DNA of 64,000 bases from the NCBI GenBank assembly GCA_963806335.1, contig CAWDXO010000009.1, positions 165,269 through 229,268 of the forward strand, written 5' to 3'. The position numbers and the translations under genes are program-made. Source of the stretch: an uncultured Actinomycetes bacterium. Its GTDB lineage: Bacteria > Actinomycetota > Actinomycetes > Streptosporangiales > Streptosporangiaceae. The notes under the pieces are model-generated. The model was not told the DNA's origin and did not search any database. It saw only the letters and a list, made by a program, of their open reading frames with translations. How positions within the stretch are numbered: position 1 is the stretch's first letter; each line of letters opens with the position of its first letter. Below, piece by piece: positions 1 to 9,250 of this stretch.

Positions 1-82
1 TGCTCTAGCCTCATCTGTACTTCCACAATCGACGCTAGGCCCGCCTGCCCCCCGGTAGCAGAGCCGTCCGGGCCGCCAGCGA

Positions 83-96
83 GGGACTTTGGTCCA
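83..96. promoter_or_regulatory. DevR/DosR-type operator, GGGACTTTGGTCCA (1 mismatch to GGGAC-N4-GTCCC)
   Basis: Palindrome about 100 nt upstream of the dosR start. It has the same core as the other boxes in the window, which suggests autoregulation. Confidence 0.55.
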
Positions 97-192
97 TACC
101 AGCGGCCGCACGAAGTGCCTAGAGTAGAAGTGACACAGGGCCCTGGCCGGGATGACCTTCCGGGGCGGCAGGCGCGAACATCAGGAGTCAGG

Positions 193-909
193 GTGACAAG
201 TCCGGTCGGCGGACCCGGGTCCGGCGAGGCAAAAGACCCGATCGCGGTGTTTCTTCTCGATGATCACGAGGTGGTCCGCCGGGGCGTCCGTGACCTGCTG
301 GAGGCCGAGCCTGATATCCGGGTGATCGGCGAGGCCGGGACCGCGTCCTCAGCGCTGGCCCGGATTCCGGCGCTGCGCCCGGATGTGGCCGTCCTCGACG
401 TGCGGCTGCCGGATGGCGACGGGGTGTCAGTGTGCCGGGAGATCCGCTCGAAGATGCCCGAGGTGGCCTGCCTGATGCTCACCTCGTTCGGCGACGACGA
501 GGCGCTGTTCGACGCGATCATGGCGGGCGCGGCGGGCTACGTGCTGAAGCAGATACGGGGCACCGACCTGGTCGGCGCGGTGCGCACGGTGGCCTCGGGC
601 CAGTCGATGCTCGACCCGCGGGCCGCGAGCCAGCTGATGGCCAGGCTGCGGGATCAGTCCACCAAGCACGATCCGCTGGCCGGCCTGTCCGCGCAGGAAC
701 GCAGGATCCTGGAGCTGATCGGGGAAGGCCTGACCAACCGGCAGATCGGCGAGCGGATGTTCCTGGCCGAGAAGACCGTGAAGAATTACGTCTCGGCGCT
801 GTTCGCCAAGCTGGGCATGGAGCGGCGCACCCAGGCCGCCGCGTACGCGGTTCGCGCCTTCGGCGGCCAGCACGACAGCGAAGAACGATACTCCGAGCAC
901 GGCGACTAG
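193..909 (+). CDS. dosR: NarL/LuxR-family response regulator, DevR/DosR orthologue
   Basis: Receiver domain ([13 protein letters not shown]...[14 protein letters not shown]) plus LuxR HTH ([38 protein letters not shown]), collinear with M. tuberculosis DevR as I recall it. The ORF is open from GTG 115; GTG 193 is preferred because AGGAG lies 5 nt upstream. Confidence 0.9.
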   Translation: MTSPVGGPGSGEAKDPIAVFLLDDHEVVRRGVRDLLEAEPDIRVIGEAGTASSALARIPALRPDVAVLDVRLPDGDGVSVCREIRSKMPEVACLMLTSFGDDEALFDAIMAGAAGYVLKQIRGTDLVGAVRTVASGQSMLDPRAASQLMARLRDQSTKHDPLAGLSAQERRILELIGEGLTNRQIGERMFLAEKTVKNYVSALFAKLGMERRTQAAAYAVRAFGGQHDSEERYSEHGD

Positions 910-933
910 ACACCACGCAAGTCCCGGCGACTC

Positions 934-947
934 GGGACCTAGTTCCC
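934..947. promoter_or_regulatory. DevR/DosR-type operator, GGGACCTAGTTCCC (1 mismatch)
   Basis: Lies between the dosR stop and the PPOX-fold gene start (984). Confidence 0.5.
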
Positions 948-983
948 TGGTTCCGCCGTCGGATCCACGGCACTGTGGCCACC

Positions 984-1445
984 ATGCACACCGACGACGC
1001 CCCGGCCCTAGAGCAGCTGCCTAGGTATGAATCTCTCCGGCTCCTGGCCACCGTGCCCATCGGCCGGGTCATCTTCACCCGGCGGGCGCTGCCAGCGGTG
1101 GAGCTTGTCCATTTCGCCCTCGATAACGGTGACATCATCATCAGGGCCGACCCGGGTGACGCGCTCGCCACCGATATCCGCGACGCCGTCGTCGCTTTCG
1201 AGGCCGATAGCCTCGACGTGGCCCACCGGGCCGGCTGGAGCGTCGCGATCATCGGACGGTCCCGGGTGGTGACCGATCCGGGCGAAATCGACCGGCTGCA
1301 AGAGATAGGCCTGCGCTCCTGGGGCGCCGGGGAGGCGGCACATTTCATCCGTATCTCGCCGGAGCTACTGACCGGGCGGCGGCTTCTCGCTAATGGTCAA
1401 GGGAACGACCGGGAGGACGTGGCGGTGCGGCTCATTTCAGCCTAG
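984..1445 (+). CDS. Pyridoxamine 5'-phosphate oxidase (PPOX)-fold family protein, paralogue 1
   Basis: ATG 984 lies inside the longer track ORF 432..1445. Motifs: LPRYESLRLLATVPIGRVIF, PAVELVHFALDNGDIIIR, GWSVAIIGRSRVV, FIRISPELLTGRRL. It is paralogous to 22337, 49279 and the C-terminal half of 13262. Confidence 0.75.
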   Translation: MHTDDAPALEQLPRYESLRLLATVPIGRVIFTRRALPAVELVHFALDNGDIIIRADPGDALATDIRDAVVAFEADSLDVAHRAGWSVAIIGRSRVVTDPGEIDRLQEIGLRSWGAGEAAHFIRISPELLTGRRLLANGQGNDREDVAVRLISA

Positions 1446-3167
1446 GGGTACCCGCCACTCCAGGGCCGTTCCTGGCGGCGATGCGGCCGGGTCCGCCGGG
1501 CCGAGGCGCAGCTCGCCGCCGAGCTTCTCGGCGCGGCTGGCCATATTGCGCAGCCCGCTGCGTCTGCCCTCGGCCGGGATGCCGCTCCCGTTGTCGGTGA
1601 CCTGGACGGCGAGAATCCGGTCCGGATCCACGTCCACGGACACGTCTACCTGGCTGGCGCCCGAGTGCCTGGCCGCGTTCGACAGCGCCTCACGCAATGC
1701 GGCGAGCACATGCTCGGCTACCTCGGGGCGGACATGGGTGGCGAGGCCGGAGCCCAGTCGCAGCGACGGGGCGAAACCAAGCATCGACGACATCTCCTCC
1801 ACTAGGCCGACAATGTCCCCGCGCAGGTCCGGCGGGCGCACGGCGTCACCACCCTGCAACGCGAAGATGGTGGCGCGGATGTCCTTGATGGTCTCGTCCA
1901 TCGCGTCCACCGCGTTGGTGACGCGGCTCGCCACTTCGGGCCTGGTAATCATCGGCATGGTGCCCTCCAGCGACATGCCGGTAGCGAAAAGCCGCTGGAT
2001 GACCAGGTCATGCAGGTCGCGGGCGATCCGGTCCCTGTCCTCGAACAGCGACAGCCGTTCGGCTTCCGCGTGGGTAGCCGCGAGTTCGAGCGCGACGCCC
2101 GCCTGCGCGGCGAACGACGCCACCACATCGGCCTGGGCCTGGGGGAACGGCGCCGCGCCGTGGCGGCGACCCACGGTGAGCACGCCGCGGACGTTGCCCG
2201 GCACCCCGAGCGGGAACAAGATCGCGGGCCCGATATGGCTCATCACGCCGCGGGCGGCCTGGGAAGCGCGCTCGTCATCAGCGAAATCAGCGGACGTGAT
2301 GGGCTCGCCGCCGGCTAGCACCTGGCCGGACAGCGACTGCCCGGCCGGCAGCACCAGACCTCGGGTGGCGGCGGCGCCGTCACCCTCGGCGTAGGTCATG
2401 GTCAGCCGGCGTCCTTCCTCGTCGGGGAGGGCGAGCACGACAAGGTCGGCTCCGGACAGCTCGAGCGCCCGCCGGGTGATATCGGCCAGGACCTCGCCCG
2501 GCTCGGAGCCTGACAGCAGCCGCGTGGTGACCTCGGCGCTGGCCTGGACCCAGCGTTGCTGGCGGCGGGCGGTGTCATAAAGCCGCGCGTTCTCGATGGC
2601 CACGCCGGCCGCGGCACCCAAGGCGACGAGCACCGCCTCGTCGTCCTCGGTGAACTCGCCGCCGCCGCGCTTGTTGGTCAGGTAGAGGTTGCCGAACACC
2701 TGGTCGCGGAGCCGGATCGGGACACCCAGGAAGCCGTGCATCGGCGGGTGCCCCGCGGGGAAGCCTGACGATTGCCGGTGCGCGGCGATATCGGCCAGCC
2801 GCAGCGGCCCTGGATCATCGATCAGCAGGCCGAGCAGGCCGCGTCCCTCGGGCCAGTGATGGATCTGCCTGATCTCGTCCTCGGTCAGGCCGACCGGGAT
2901 GAACTCGGCCAGCCGCCCGTCGTCACCGATGACGCCGAGCGCGCCGTACGTCGCGTCCACCAGCTTGACCGCGCTCTCGACGATCCGCCTGAGCGTGGAC
3001 TCCAGGTCCAGGCCGGAGCCGATGGCGACGACCGCCTCCAGCAGCCCGCGCATCCGGTCCCTGGTGGCCAGCACCGCCTGCAGCCGCCCCTGCAACTCAG
3101 CGAGCAACTCGTCAAGTTTCAGGTGTGGCAGCAGGAGCTCTGGGCTCTTGGCCGCACTAGGTTCCAA
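1437..3167 (-). CDS. devS: Tandem-GAF sensor histidine kinase, DevS/DosT-like (HisKA_3 + HATPase_c)
   Basis: Two GAF-like regions are followed by the H-box RIARDLHDLVIQRLFATGMSL and an ATPase part (LSNAARHS, DNGSGIP). The N-terminus (LDELLAELQGRL...GLDLESTLRRIV) resembles mycobacterial DevS. Its 3' end overlaps the convergent PPOX gene by 9 nt. Confidence 0.85.
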   Translation of the reverse strand: MEPSAAKSPELLLPHLKLDELLAELQGRLQAVLATRDRMRGLLEAVVAIGSGLDLESTLRRIVESAVKLVDATYGALGVIGDDGRLAEFIPVGLTEDEIRQIHHWPEGRGLLGLLIDDPGPLRLADIAAHRQSSGFPAGHPPMHGFLGVPIRLRDQVFGNLYLTNKRGGGEFTEDDEAVLVALGAAAGVAIENARLYDTARRQQRWVQASAEVTTRLLSGSEPGEVLADITRRALELSGADLVVLALPDEEGRRLTMTYAEGDGAAATRGLVLPAGQSLSGQVLAGGEPITSADFADDERASQAARGVMSHIGPAILFPLGVPGNVRGVLTVGRRHGAAPFPQAQADVVASFAAQAGVALELAATHAEAERLSLFEDRDRIARDLHDLVIQRLFATGMSLEGTMPMITRPEVASRVTNAVDAMDETIKDIRATIFALQGGDAVRPPDLRGDIVGLVEEMSSMLGFAPSLRLGSGLATHVRPEVAEHVLAALREALSNAARHSGASQVDVSVDVDPDRILAVQVTDNGSGIPAEGRRSGLRNMASRAEKLGGELRLGPADPAASPPGTALEWRVPLG

Positions 3168-3327
3168 CTAGTAGATCCTTCCGCCAACGATATGCCGCAA
3201 GACTAACCGCCGGGCGCGCCGCCGGCTATGACGCAAGTGGTCAGTTGCGGGTAAAAGCAAGACCATTTATACCGAACGGACGGTGGGACCTGTCCCCGGT
3301 GCGGCAGGCGGCTCGGGGACCGGTCGG

Positions 3328-5700
3328 CTACCGCAGCAACTCGTAACCGGGGTTGATCATCGCGGGACGGCCGTCAGCCGCGATGCCGACCATGCCGTGC
3401 AGGCGGATCCGGCAGCCCGGCTCGATGCCCGCGATGCGCGTGCGCCCGTAGAACAGCGCGACCAGGTCGCCGGTGGAGTCGGTAATCTCGCACGCCAGAA
3501 CGCTGTTACGTTCGGTCGGCCGGACTTCAGCCGTGTGCAGGCGGCCCTGGACGGTGGCCCGGCGTGGCTCGCGCAGCGACCCGATGGGATCGGTCCCCGA
3601 CGGCGGGACCGGCCGCTCGTAGTCAAGGAGGCTATCGGTCTTGGCCGGCCTATCCCGCTTGGCGTGTATCGTCTCGACCTTGTGGCGCACGTCGAAGGGG
3701 ATGATGGTGGCCGCCGCGCCGGGAACGCGGCTCACCACGCGAGCGATCCGGTCCGCGGTGTGGTCGTGCAGCAGCCGCCCAGCCAGCGGCGGGTAGCTGC
3801 GGCGCGGCAGAACCATGGTCACGTGCGTGCCGGGCGCGGCCGCCTCGCTGGCGGCCAGCCGGGCCGCGGCGTGGGCGAGCCGCCGGTCCGGACAGTCGGC
3901 GAGCTCGAGCGGCACCCCGGTGCCGGCGTCCAGCCACTGCTGTCTGAGCTTGTCCGCCCGGGCACTGTCCAGGCTGAAGTGCACCGCGCGTAGCGCCGAA
4001 GGCCGCAGGCTCTTGGCGTACCTGAGCGCGGCGATGGCGGCCAGGTCGTAGCTGTCTATCATCAGCAGCACAACCCGGCGAGAGTAGTTCGGCGGGGACG
4101 GAGGCAGATCACCGCGCCCTGGCTGGTCGAGGATGGCGGCTTCGTGGCGGTATTGCCGGTTGAGGCGGATGAGAGCGTACACCAGGACCGGGAAGATGAT
4201 CACGATCAGCCACGCGCCCTCGGTGAACTTCACCACGGCGAACAGCACCACCACCAGCGCCGTGTAGATCCCGCCGGTCATGTTGATCACGAGGCGGTGC
4301 CGCCAGCCCGCCTCCCTGGTCCGGCGGTGGTACCTGGCCATGCCGAACCCGGCCATGGCGAAACCGGTGAACACGCCGATGGCGTAGAACGGGATGAGGG
4401 CGTCGACGGTCGCGCCCGCCACCAGCATCAGCGACAGCGACAGCACGGCCAGCAGGATGATGCCGTTGGAGAACACCAGCCGGTGACCGCGCCTGTTCAG
4501 CCACCGGGGCAGGAAGGAGTCCTCGGCGACGAAGCTGGCCAGGAACGGGAACCCGGTGAAGCTGGTATTGCCGCCGGTGAACAGGATAGCCGCGGTGGCT
4601 ATCTGCAGCACGAAGAACATGACCTGCCCCGCCGCGGTGGGTCCGAAGACGAGCTCGGCTTCCTGCGCGAGGACGGTCGGGAAGCCGGTGGTGTAAGGGA
4701 TCGCGTGCGTGATGTGCGCGAGCCAGGAGATCCCCGCGATCAGGACCGCGACCACCGATCCCTGCATGGCCAGGATCTGCCGGGCATGGCGCCCTTCCGG
4801 CGGGCGCAGCGCGCTGACCGCGTTGGAGACGGCCTCGATCCCGGTCAGCGACGAGCCGCCGTTGGCGAAGGCCTTAGCCATGATGAACAGGGCGCCAAAG
4901 GCGATGAGCCCGGAATGCGACCCGATGCCGACGGCACCGTGCCCCGGCACGGCCTGCGGCAGGCCGCTGGTCAGCTCGCGGACCACGCCGATCACGATCA
5001 TCAGGACCACCGAGGCGGCGAACAGGTACGTGGGAAACGCGAAAATCCGGCCGGCCTCACGGATGCCGCGCAGGTTTCCTATGCACATGATCAAAATGGC
5101 CAGCACGGAGATGACCAGCAGGATTTTGGGACCGATCAGCGGAATGCCCGACAGCGCCGGAAACGCGGATACGATCGCCGCGCTGCCCGCCGCCGTCTGC
5201 ACCGCGACCGTTACCACGTAGTCGATCAGCAGCGCGACCGCGGCGACCTGCGCGACGTGGGGTCCGAAGTTCTCCCGCGCCACCACGTATGAGCCGCCGG
5301 CCCTGGTGTACACCGACACCACCTCGCGGTAGGAAAGCACCACCAGGAGAACCCCGAACAAGACCAGCAGGGTCAGCGGCAAGACCAGCGTGAAGGCCGC
5401 CAGCCCGAAGAAGGGGAGCAGCGCGTAGAGGATCTCCTCGGTGCCGTAAGCGGCCGACGAGAGCCCGTCACAGGAGAGCACACCCAGCGCCAGCGGCCGG
5501 GACAGGCGCTGGTTTTGCAGCTGCTCCGATACCAGCGGCGCCCCGAGCAGGCGGCGCTTTGCGAGGTACCAGAATCCTTCCGGCGGTTCGCCGCCCAGGG
5601 ACGGCGCCGATCCAGCCCACGGCGTCCGCGGGGCGGCCTTCGCCGAGGCCGGCCGCCTCGACACCGACTCGGAATCAGCGACTGCCACCATGTCCTCCAT
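3328..5700 (-). CDS. APC-superfamily permease fused to a cytoplasmic alpha/beta domain and a C-terminal OB-fold domain
   Basis: About 12 predicted TM helices (residues about 70-520). These are followed by a soluble region (RRVVLLMIDSYDLAAIAAL...VTMVLPRR), then an OB-like tail (ATVQGRLHTAEVRPTERNSVLACEITDSTGDLVALFYGR...RIRLHGMVG). Confidence 0.7.
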   Translation of the reverse strand: MEDMVAVADSESVSRRPASAKAAPRTPWAGSAPSLGGEPPEGFWYLAKRRLLGAPLVSEQLQNQRLSRPLALGVLSCDGLSSAAYGTEEILYALLPFFGLAAFTLVLPLTLLVLFGVLLVVLSYREVVSVYTRAGGSYVVARENFGPHVAQVAAVALLIDYVVTVAVQTAAGSAAIVSAFPALSGIPLIGPKILLVISVLAILIMCIGNLRGIREAGRIFAFPTYLFAASVVLMIVIGVVRELTSGLPQAVPGHGAVGIGSHSGLIAFGALFIMAKAFANGGSSLTGIEAVSNAVSALRPPEGRHARQILAMQGSVVAVLIAGISWLAHITHAIPYTTGFPTVLAQEAELVFGPTAAGQVMFFVLQIATAAILFTGGNTSFTGFPFLASFVAEDSFLPRWLNRRGHRLVFSNGIILLAVLSLSLMLVAGATVDALIPFYAIGVFTGFAMAGFGMARYHRRTREAGWRHRLVINMTGGIYTALVVVLFAVVKFTEGAWLIVIIFPVLVYALIRLNRQYRHEAAILDQPGRGDLPPSPPNYSRRVVLLMIDSYDLAAIAALRYAKSLRPSALRAVHFSLDSARADKLRQQWLDAGTGVPLELADCPDRRLAHAAARLAASEAAAPGTHVTMVLPRRSYPPLAGRLLHDHTADRIARVVSRVPGAAATIIPFDVRHKVETIHAKRDRPAKTDSLLDYERPVPPSGTDPIGSLREPRRATVQGRLHTAEVRPTERNSVLACEITDSTGDLVALFYGRTRIAGIEPGCRIRLHGMVGIAADGRPAMINPGYELLR

Positions 5701-5870
5701 CGTCAGGCCGCCCGTTCCGCGCTTTCTCCAGCTACAAGGGGATGATCACAGGAAAGCGTCGCAACGCCGGTCCGGCCAGGGCCAAAGGTGAGGGACCTTA
5801 GGCACCTGGGTCACTACAGTCGCGCGGTAGCCAGCTGACCGGGGTTCGACGGGGAGAGACCTGGCTTGCC

Positions 5871-5884
5871 GGGACCTTGGTCCC
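5871..5884. promoter_or_regulatory. DevR/DosR-type operator, GGGACCTTGGTCCC (perfect)
   Basis: Sits in the divergent intergenic region between the permease (-) and a USP (+, start 5999). A weaker copy, GGGACCTTAGGCAC, lies at 5792..5805. Confidence 0.75.
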
Positions 5885-5998
5885 CGGCCCACGGGCCGGA
5901 ACGCCCCTGGCCGTCTCGCCCGGCACACGATCGGATGATCTCGGAGGACGAGGGTGCCCGGGGCACCCGGCGCCTCCGGTCTAGCGAGGAGGACCAGC

Positions 5999-6874
5999 AT
6001 GTCAGCAAAGCCCATCGTGGCCGCTACGGACGGCTCCGAGGAATCGCTGCGGGCGGTCGAATGGGCCGCCAGGGAGGCCGTGCTCCGCGGCGCGCCGCTG
6101 CGCATCGTGTCCGCCGCCGCGCTGCTGCCCCGCATGATCGAGGGCCGGGAAGGGTCTGACCTCGGTACCGTGACCGATGCCCTCAGCCAGAACCGTGACC
6201 TGGCTCTGGCCGGCTCAGCGGAACGGGCGGCCAAGACGTCACCCGGCCTGCTGATCGACACCGATCGCCTGACCGGGCCACCCGCCCAGGCGGTCACGGA
6301 GAGCGGAGCGGGCGCGCTGATGCTGGTCGTCGGGTCCCGCGGCCTCGGCGCGTTCACGGCCATGGTCCTCGGCTCCGTGAGCCGGTACGTGGCCACCCAC
6401 GCGTCCTGTCCGGTCGCGGTCATCCGCGACGAGTCCATGGCCGCGCACCGGCAGGTCTGCGTGGGCATCGGCGACCTGGAGCACTGCGCCGACTCACTCA
6501 CCTTCGCCTTCGAAGAGGCGGCCGATCGGCAGGCCAGCCTGCTGGCCGTTCATTGCTGGCACGCACCGCAAGCTGACATCTCCCGGGCCGGGCAGGCCTT
6601 TACGGCGCCGACCGCACACGCGGTGGAAGCCGAAGCCAGCCGCTGGCTGGCGGCGCTGCTCGACGGCTGGCGGGCTAAGTACCCAGACGTCCCGGTCAGC
6701 CAGGACGTCGTACATGGCCATCCGGGGCGGACCCTGGTCGGCTTGTCGGCCCGCGCCGACCTGATGGTCCTCGGCAGGCACGCCAGGCATTCCGGCCTGC
6801 CGGGTCCCGGCGCGGTCACGCACGCTGTGCTGAACCACGCGCACGGCCCCGTCGTCACGGTCCCTTCATCCTGA
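5999..6874 (+). CDS. Universal stress protein, tandem Usp domains
   Basis: ATG 5999 is preceded by GAGGAGG. Motifs: MSAKPIVAATDGSEESLRAVEWAA...LMLVVGSRGLG in the first domain, and LMVLGRHARH...VTHAVLNHAHGPVVTV in the second. Confidence 0.9.
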   Translation: MSAKPIVAATDGSEESLRAVEWAAREAVLRGAPLRIVSAAALLPRMIEGREGSDLGTVTDALSQNRDLALAGSAERAAKTSPGLLIDTDRLTGPPAQAVTESGAGALMLVVGSRGLGAFTAMVLGSVSRYVATHASCPVAVIRDESMAAHRQVCVGIGDLEHCADSLTFAFEEAADRQASLLAVHCWHAPQADISRAGQAFTAPTAHAVEAEASRWLAALLDGWRAKYPDVPVSQDVVHGHPGRTLVGLSARADLMVLGRHARHSGLPGPGAVTHAVLNHAHGPVVTVPSS

Positions 6875-7006
6875 CCATGCCTCATGGCGGAATCTGTTCC
6901 ATCCCTCGTCGCGGTCAGGACCTTTGGCCCTAAACACCCAGCCAGGTCGTCATGTGATGGTGGGCCGAGCGCATCAACGTGTACTTAGGACAGGTGTCAG
7001 AAGACG

Positions 7007-7372
7007 ATGACCCACGTTGAGTACCAGACCGCAGGCGATCGAGGCGTTGCCGGGATCGAGATCCTGAGGATGCCAGCAGAGCTGGATCTCGCCACCAGTG
7101 AGAGCGTGGTCGCGCAGGGTTACGCGGCCATCGCCTGCTCAGCCTGGGTGCTGCTCGACCTGACCGGCCTGTCCTTCTGCGACGCCCAGGGCCTCAGTGC
7201 CTTCGTCCGGATCGCCAACCAGGCCGATGCTGCAGGCTGCGGTTTCGGCCTCATCGGGCCGCGGCCGCCAGTGGCCAAGATACTGCGGATCAGCGGCCTG
7301 GATAGCCGCATGCGGGCCTTCGCGACCGTCGACGACGCACTGGCGCTCCGCACCGTTACGACCCGCGTCTAG
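7007..7372 (+). CDS. STAS-domain anti-sigma-factor antagonist
   Basis: Motifs: LDLTGLSFCDAQGLSAFVRIANQA...PPVAKILRISGLD. A weak box, AGGACCTTTGGCCC, lies at 6917..6930 upstream. Confidence 0.8.
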   Translation: MTHVEYQTAGDRGVAGIEILRMPAELDLATSESVVAQGYAAIACSAWVLLDLTGLSFCDAQGLSAFVRIANQADAAGCGFGLIGPRPPVAKILRISGLDSRMRAFATVDDALALRTVTTRV

Positions 7373-7428
7373 GCGGCCGGGATGGACAGGTGGACAACCG
7401 GCCCCCATAGGCCCACGGACCAGCGCGA

Positions 7429-7442
7429 AGGACCTTCGTCCC
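7429..7442. promoter_or_regulatory. DevR/DosR-type operator, AGGACCTTCGTCCC (1 mismatch)
   Basis: A TATTAT hexamer at 7465..7470 follows, which places the box centre near -42 of a putative transcription start. Confidence 0.55.
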
Positions 7443-7642
7443 TAGCGGGAAGGCGATGCCTGTTTATTATCGTCTGGCGAGAACAGCGTCGCTGCGCTAG
7501 ACCCCGGCAGCGCAGGAACTAGGCCTGGTGGTGATTACTGTCCGCAGGATCTCACAGGCCCTGACCGCGGTCATGCCGGGCAGCCCGCAAGAGTCCGCCG
7601 CGCGGCGACCGCCCATCTTGTGGATGAGGAAGGAGATCGGGC

Positions 7643-8029
7643 ATGGCCAGGCAGGAACTGCATCGGCACGTCGAGATCAGCGACGATGAGCGCACGGTAG
7701 CCGCAGCCGAGGTCACCTCAGAAGGACCAGGCGGAACCGCCTGGGCGTCGCTGCGCGCCGAGTCCGGGCATATCACCCCGGGCTGTCGCGCGAGCCTGGT
7801 CGATGCCGTGCTGGACCTTCCCGAAGTGCGGGAAAGCGCACACCTGAACGTGGTGTTCCCGCTCGGCGACGGCGAGACACTGCAGCGGCTCCGGGAACGC
7901 TGCCTGGACGTCCGCACCCACCCGGCCGGAGACAGCGCGATCATGGAGGCGAACCTGCCGCCCGGCGGTCCCGCTGCTCACCGGGCAGGTCACCGAGGGG
8001 AACGGACCACCGTTCAGATCAGTCCGTGA
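7643..8029 (+). CDS. Hypothetical protein
   Basis: ATG is preceded by AGGAAGGAG at good spacing. I recognise no domain. Confidence 0.45.
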   Translation: MARQELHRHVEISDDERTVAAAEVTSEGPGGTAWASLRAESGHITPGCRASLVDAVLDLPEVRESAHLNVVFPLGDGETLQRLRERCLDVRTHPAGDSAIMEANLPPGGPAAHRAGHRGERTTVQISP

Positions 8030-8061
8030 CCTCAGGCGCACCGTAGCTCGCTGTTCACCGG

Positions 8062-8907
8062 CTAGCGGACGCAGGGATTGACCACGCCCACCGGGCACGG
8101 TGAATGGTGCAGCATGGCCTGGGCCACCGAGCCGAGGTTCATGTCATCAAGGCCGCCGCGGCCGCGGGAGCCCACGATGAGCAACTGGGCCCCATTCGCC
8201 GCCGTGAGTAGCGGCCTCCGGGGCGGGCCGGGCACCACTTGCCGTACTACGCGGACGTCCGGATGCTCCTTCTCCGCACGGGCCATCGCGTGAATGAAGT
8301 CTTCTTCGATGTGACGCATCTCGCCAAGCCTGCCGGGTGCGTCGGCCAGAGCGCATACCGCCACCAGGGGAACGTCGAGCAGCACCGCTTCCTCGAAGGC
8401 GAACTCGATCGCAGCCAGCGATCCGAGGGATCCATCCGCGCCCACCACGACCGGGCCCGGGGGTTGATTGGGCGGCTGCCACTGGCCGCGGACCACGACG
8501 ACCCGTCCAGACGCGTGCCCGGCGACCTGCCAGGAAACCGATCCGAGCAGCAAGCCAGGCAGCTCGCTGTGCCCGCGGGAGCCGACCACGACCATCTCGG
8601 CGGTCCGGCTGCGCTCGCACAGCGCCTGAGCGGCTGACCCGCCGACCAGAGCCGCGGCCACCCGCCCCGGTCCCAGCACCGACTCGGCGTACGGCAGCCC
8701 GCGGGCCAGGATCTCCTTACCGTGCTGCCAGGCCAGGTCGCAGAGGGCCGACTCGGTGGGCAGCGCCATATGATCTGGTGTCCAGGCCAGGCAGACCGTC
8801 AGCGTGAGGCCGCGTGCCTTGGCTTCCTTGGCGGCCCAGTACAGCGCCAGACCGCTGCCGGGTGACCCGTCGTAGCCCGCCACGATCCCGCCGTTCATTC
8901 CCGTCAT
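8062..8907 (-). CDS. Universal stress protein, tandem Usp domains
   Basis: ATG 8907 is preceded by AAGGAGG. Motifs: MTGMNGGIVAGYDGSPGS...MVVVGSRGHS and LLIVGSRGRGG...AQAMLHHSPCPVGVV. Confidence 0.9.
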   Translation of the reverse strand: MTGMNGGIVAGYDGSPGSGLALYWAAKEAKARGLTLTVCLAWTPDHMALPTESALCDLAWQHGKEILARGLPYAESVLGPGRVAAALVGGSAAQALCERSRTAEMVVVGSRGHSELPGLLLGSVSWQVAGHASGRVVVVRGQWQPPNQPPGPVVVGADGSLGSLAAIEFAFEEAVLLDVPLVAVCALADAPGRLGEMRHIEEDFIHAMARAEKEHPDVRVVRQVVPGPPRRPLLTAANGAQLLIVGSRGRGGLDDMNLGSVAQAMLHHSPCPVGVVNPCVR

Positions 8908-8985
8908 GGCGACCTCCTTGCCGCCGGGGACCGGCCTCAACAGCCGCTCTAAAGCCAATCTCGTCGTGACCCAGCCTCAGCAATA

Positions 8986-8999
8986 GGGCAGAAGGTCCC
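8986..8999. promoter_or_regulatory. Candidate DevR/DosR-type operator, GGGCAGAAGGTCCC (2 mismatches)
   Basis: Sits in the divergent region between a USP (-) and the flavodoxin gene (+). Another weak copy, GGGTCGAAGGTCAC, lies at 9142..9155. Confidence 0.35.
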
Positions 9000-9250
9000 A
9001 GGCCGGGTGCCGGACGTCGGTACTCCCGGCGGGCTGATCGGAACGACCTCGGGTGGCCTGCGCTCCACCGGCCGGCGGTACCTGTAAGCCTTCGTGCGCG
9101 GCCCATACTGCGAGACTCACCGCCACGACCGGCTCCGGGGAGGGTCGAAGGTCACTCCTTGTCAGGAGCTTTTTCCCGGCGAGACGGGACCCCTAGCTCC
9201 TTGCCTGCCGGCGCCGGTTCGGCTGCGCTGGAAGCAACCGGCCTAAGGAC

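Noticed and set aside
432-983. N-terminal extensions of track ORFs. Examples: 432..1445, 10107..12425, 14037..15131, 16437..18329, 28098..29117, 28886..30070, 38058..38999 and 44263..48012.
   Set aside because: The extensions overlap upstream genes and are low-complexity. Internal ATG/GTG starts coincide with RBS-like sequences and with the conserved N-termini of the respective families, so the starts were trimmed.
3285-3296. GGGAC-CT-GTCCC palindrome upstream of devS, considered as a DevR box.
   Set aside because: The half-sites are perfect but the spacer is 2 nt rather than 4, which would put them on different helical faces. It is not counted as an operator, though it may deserve a binding test.
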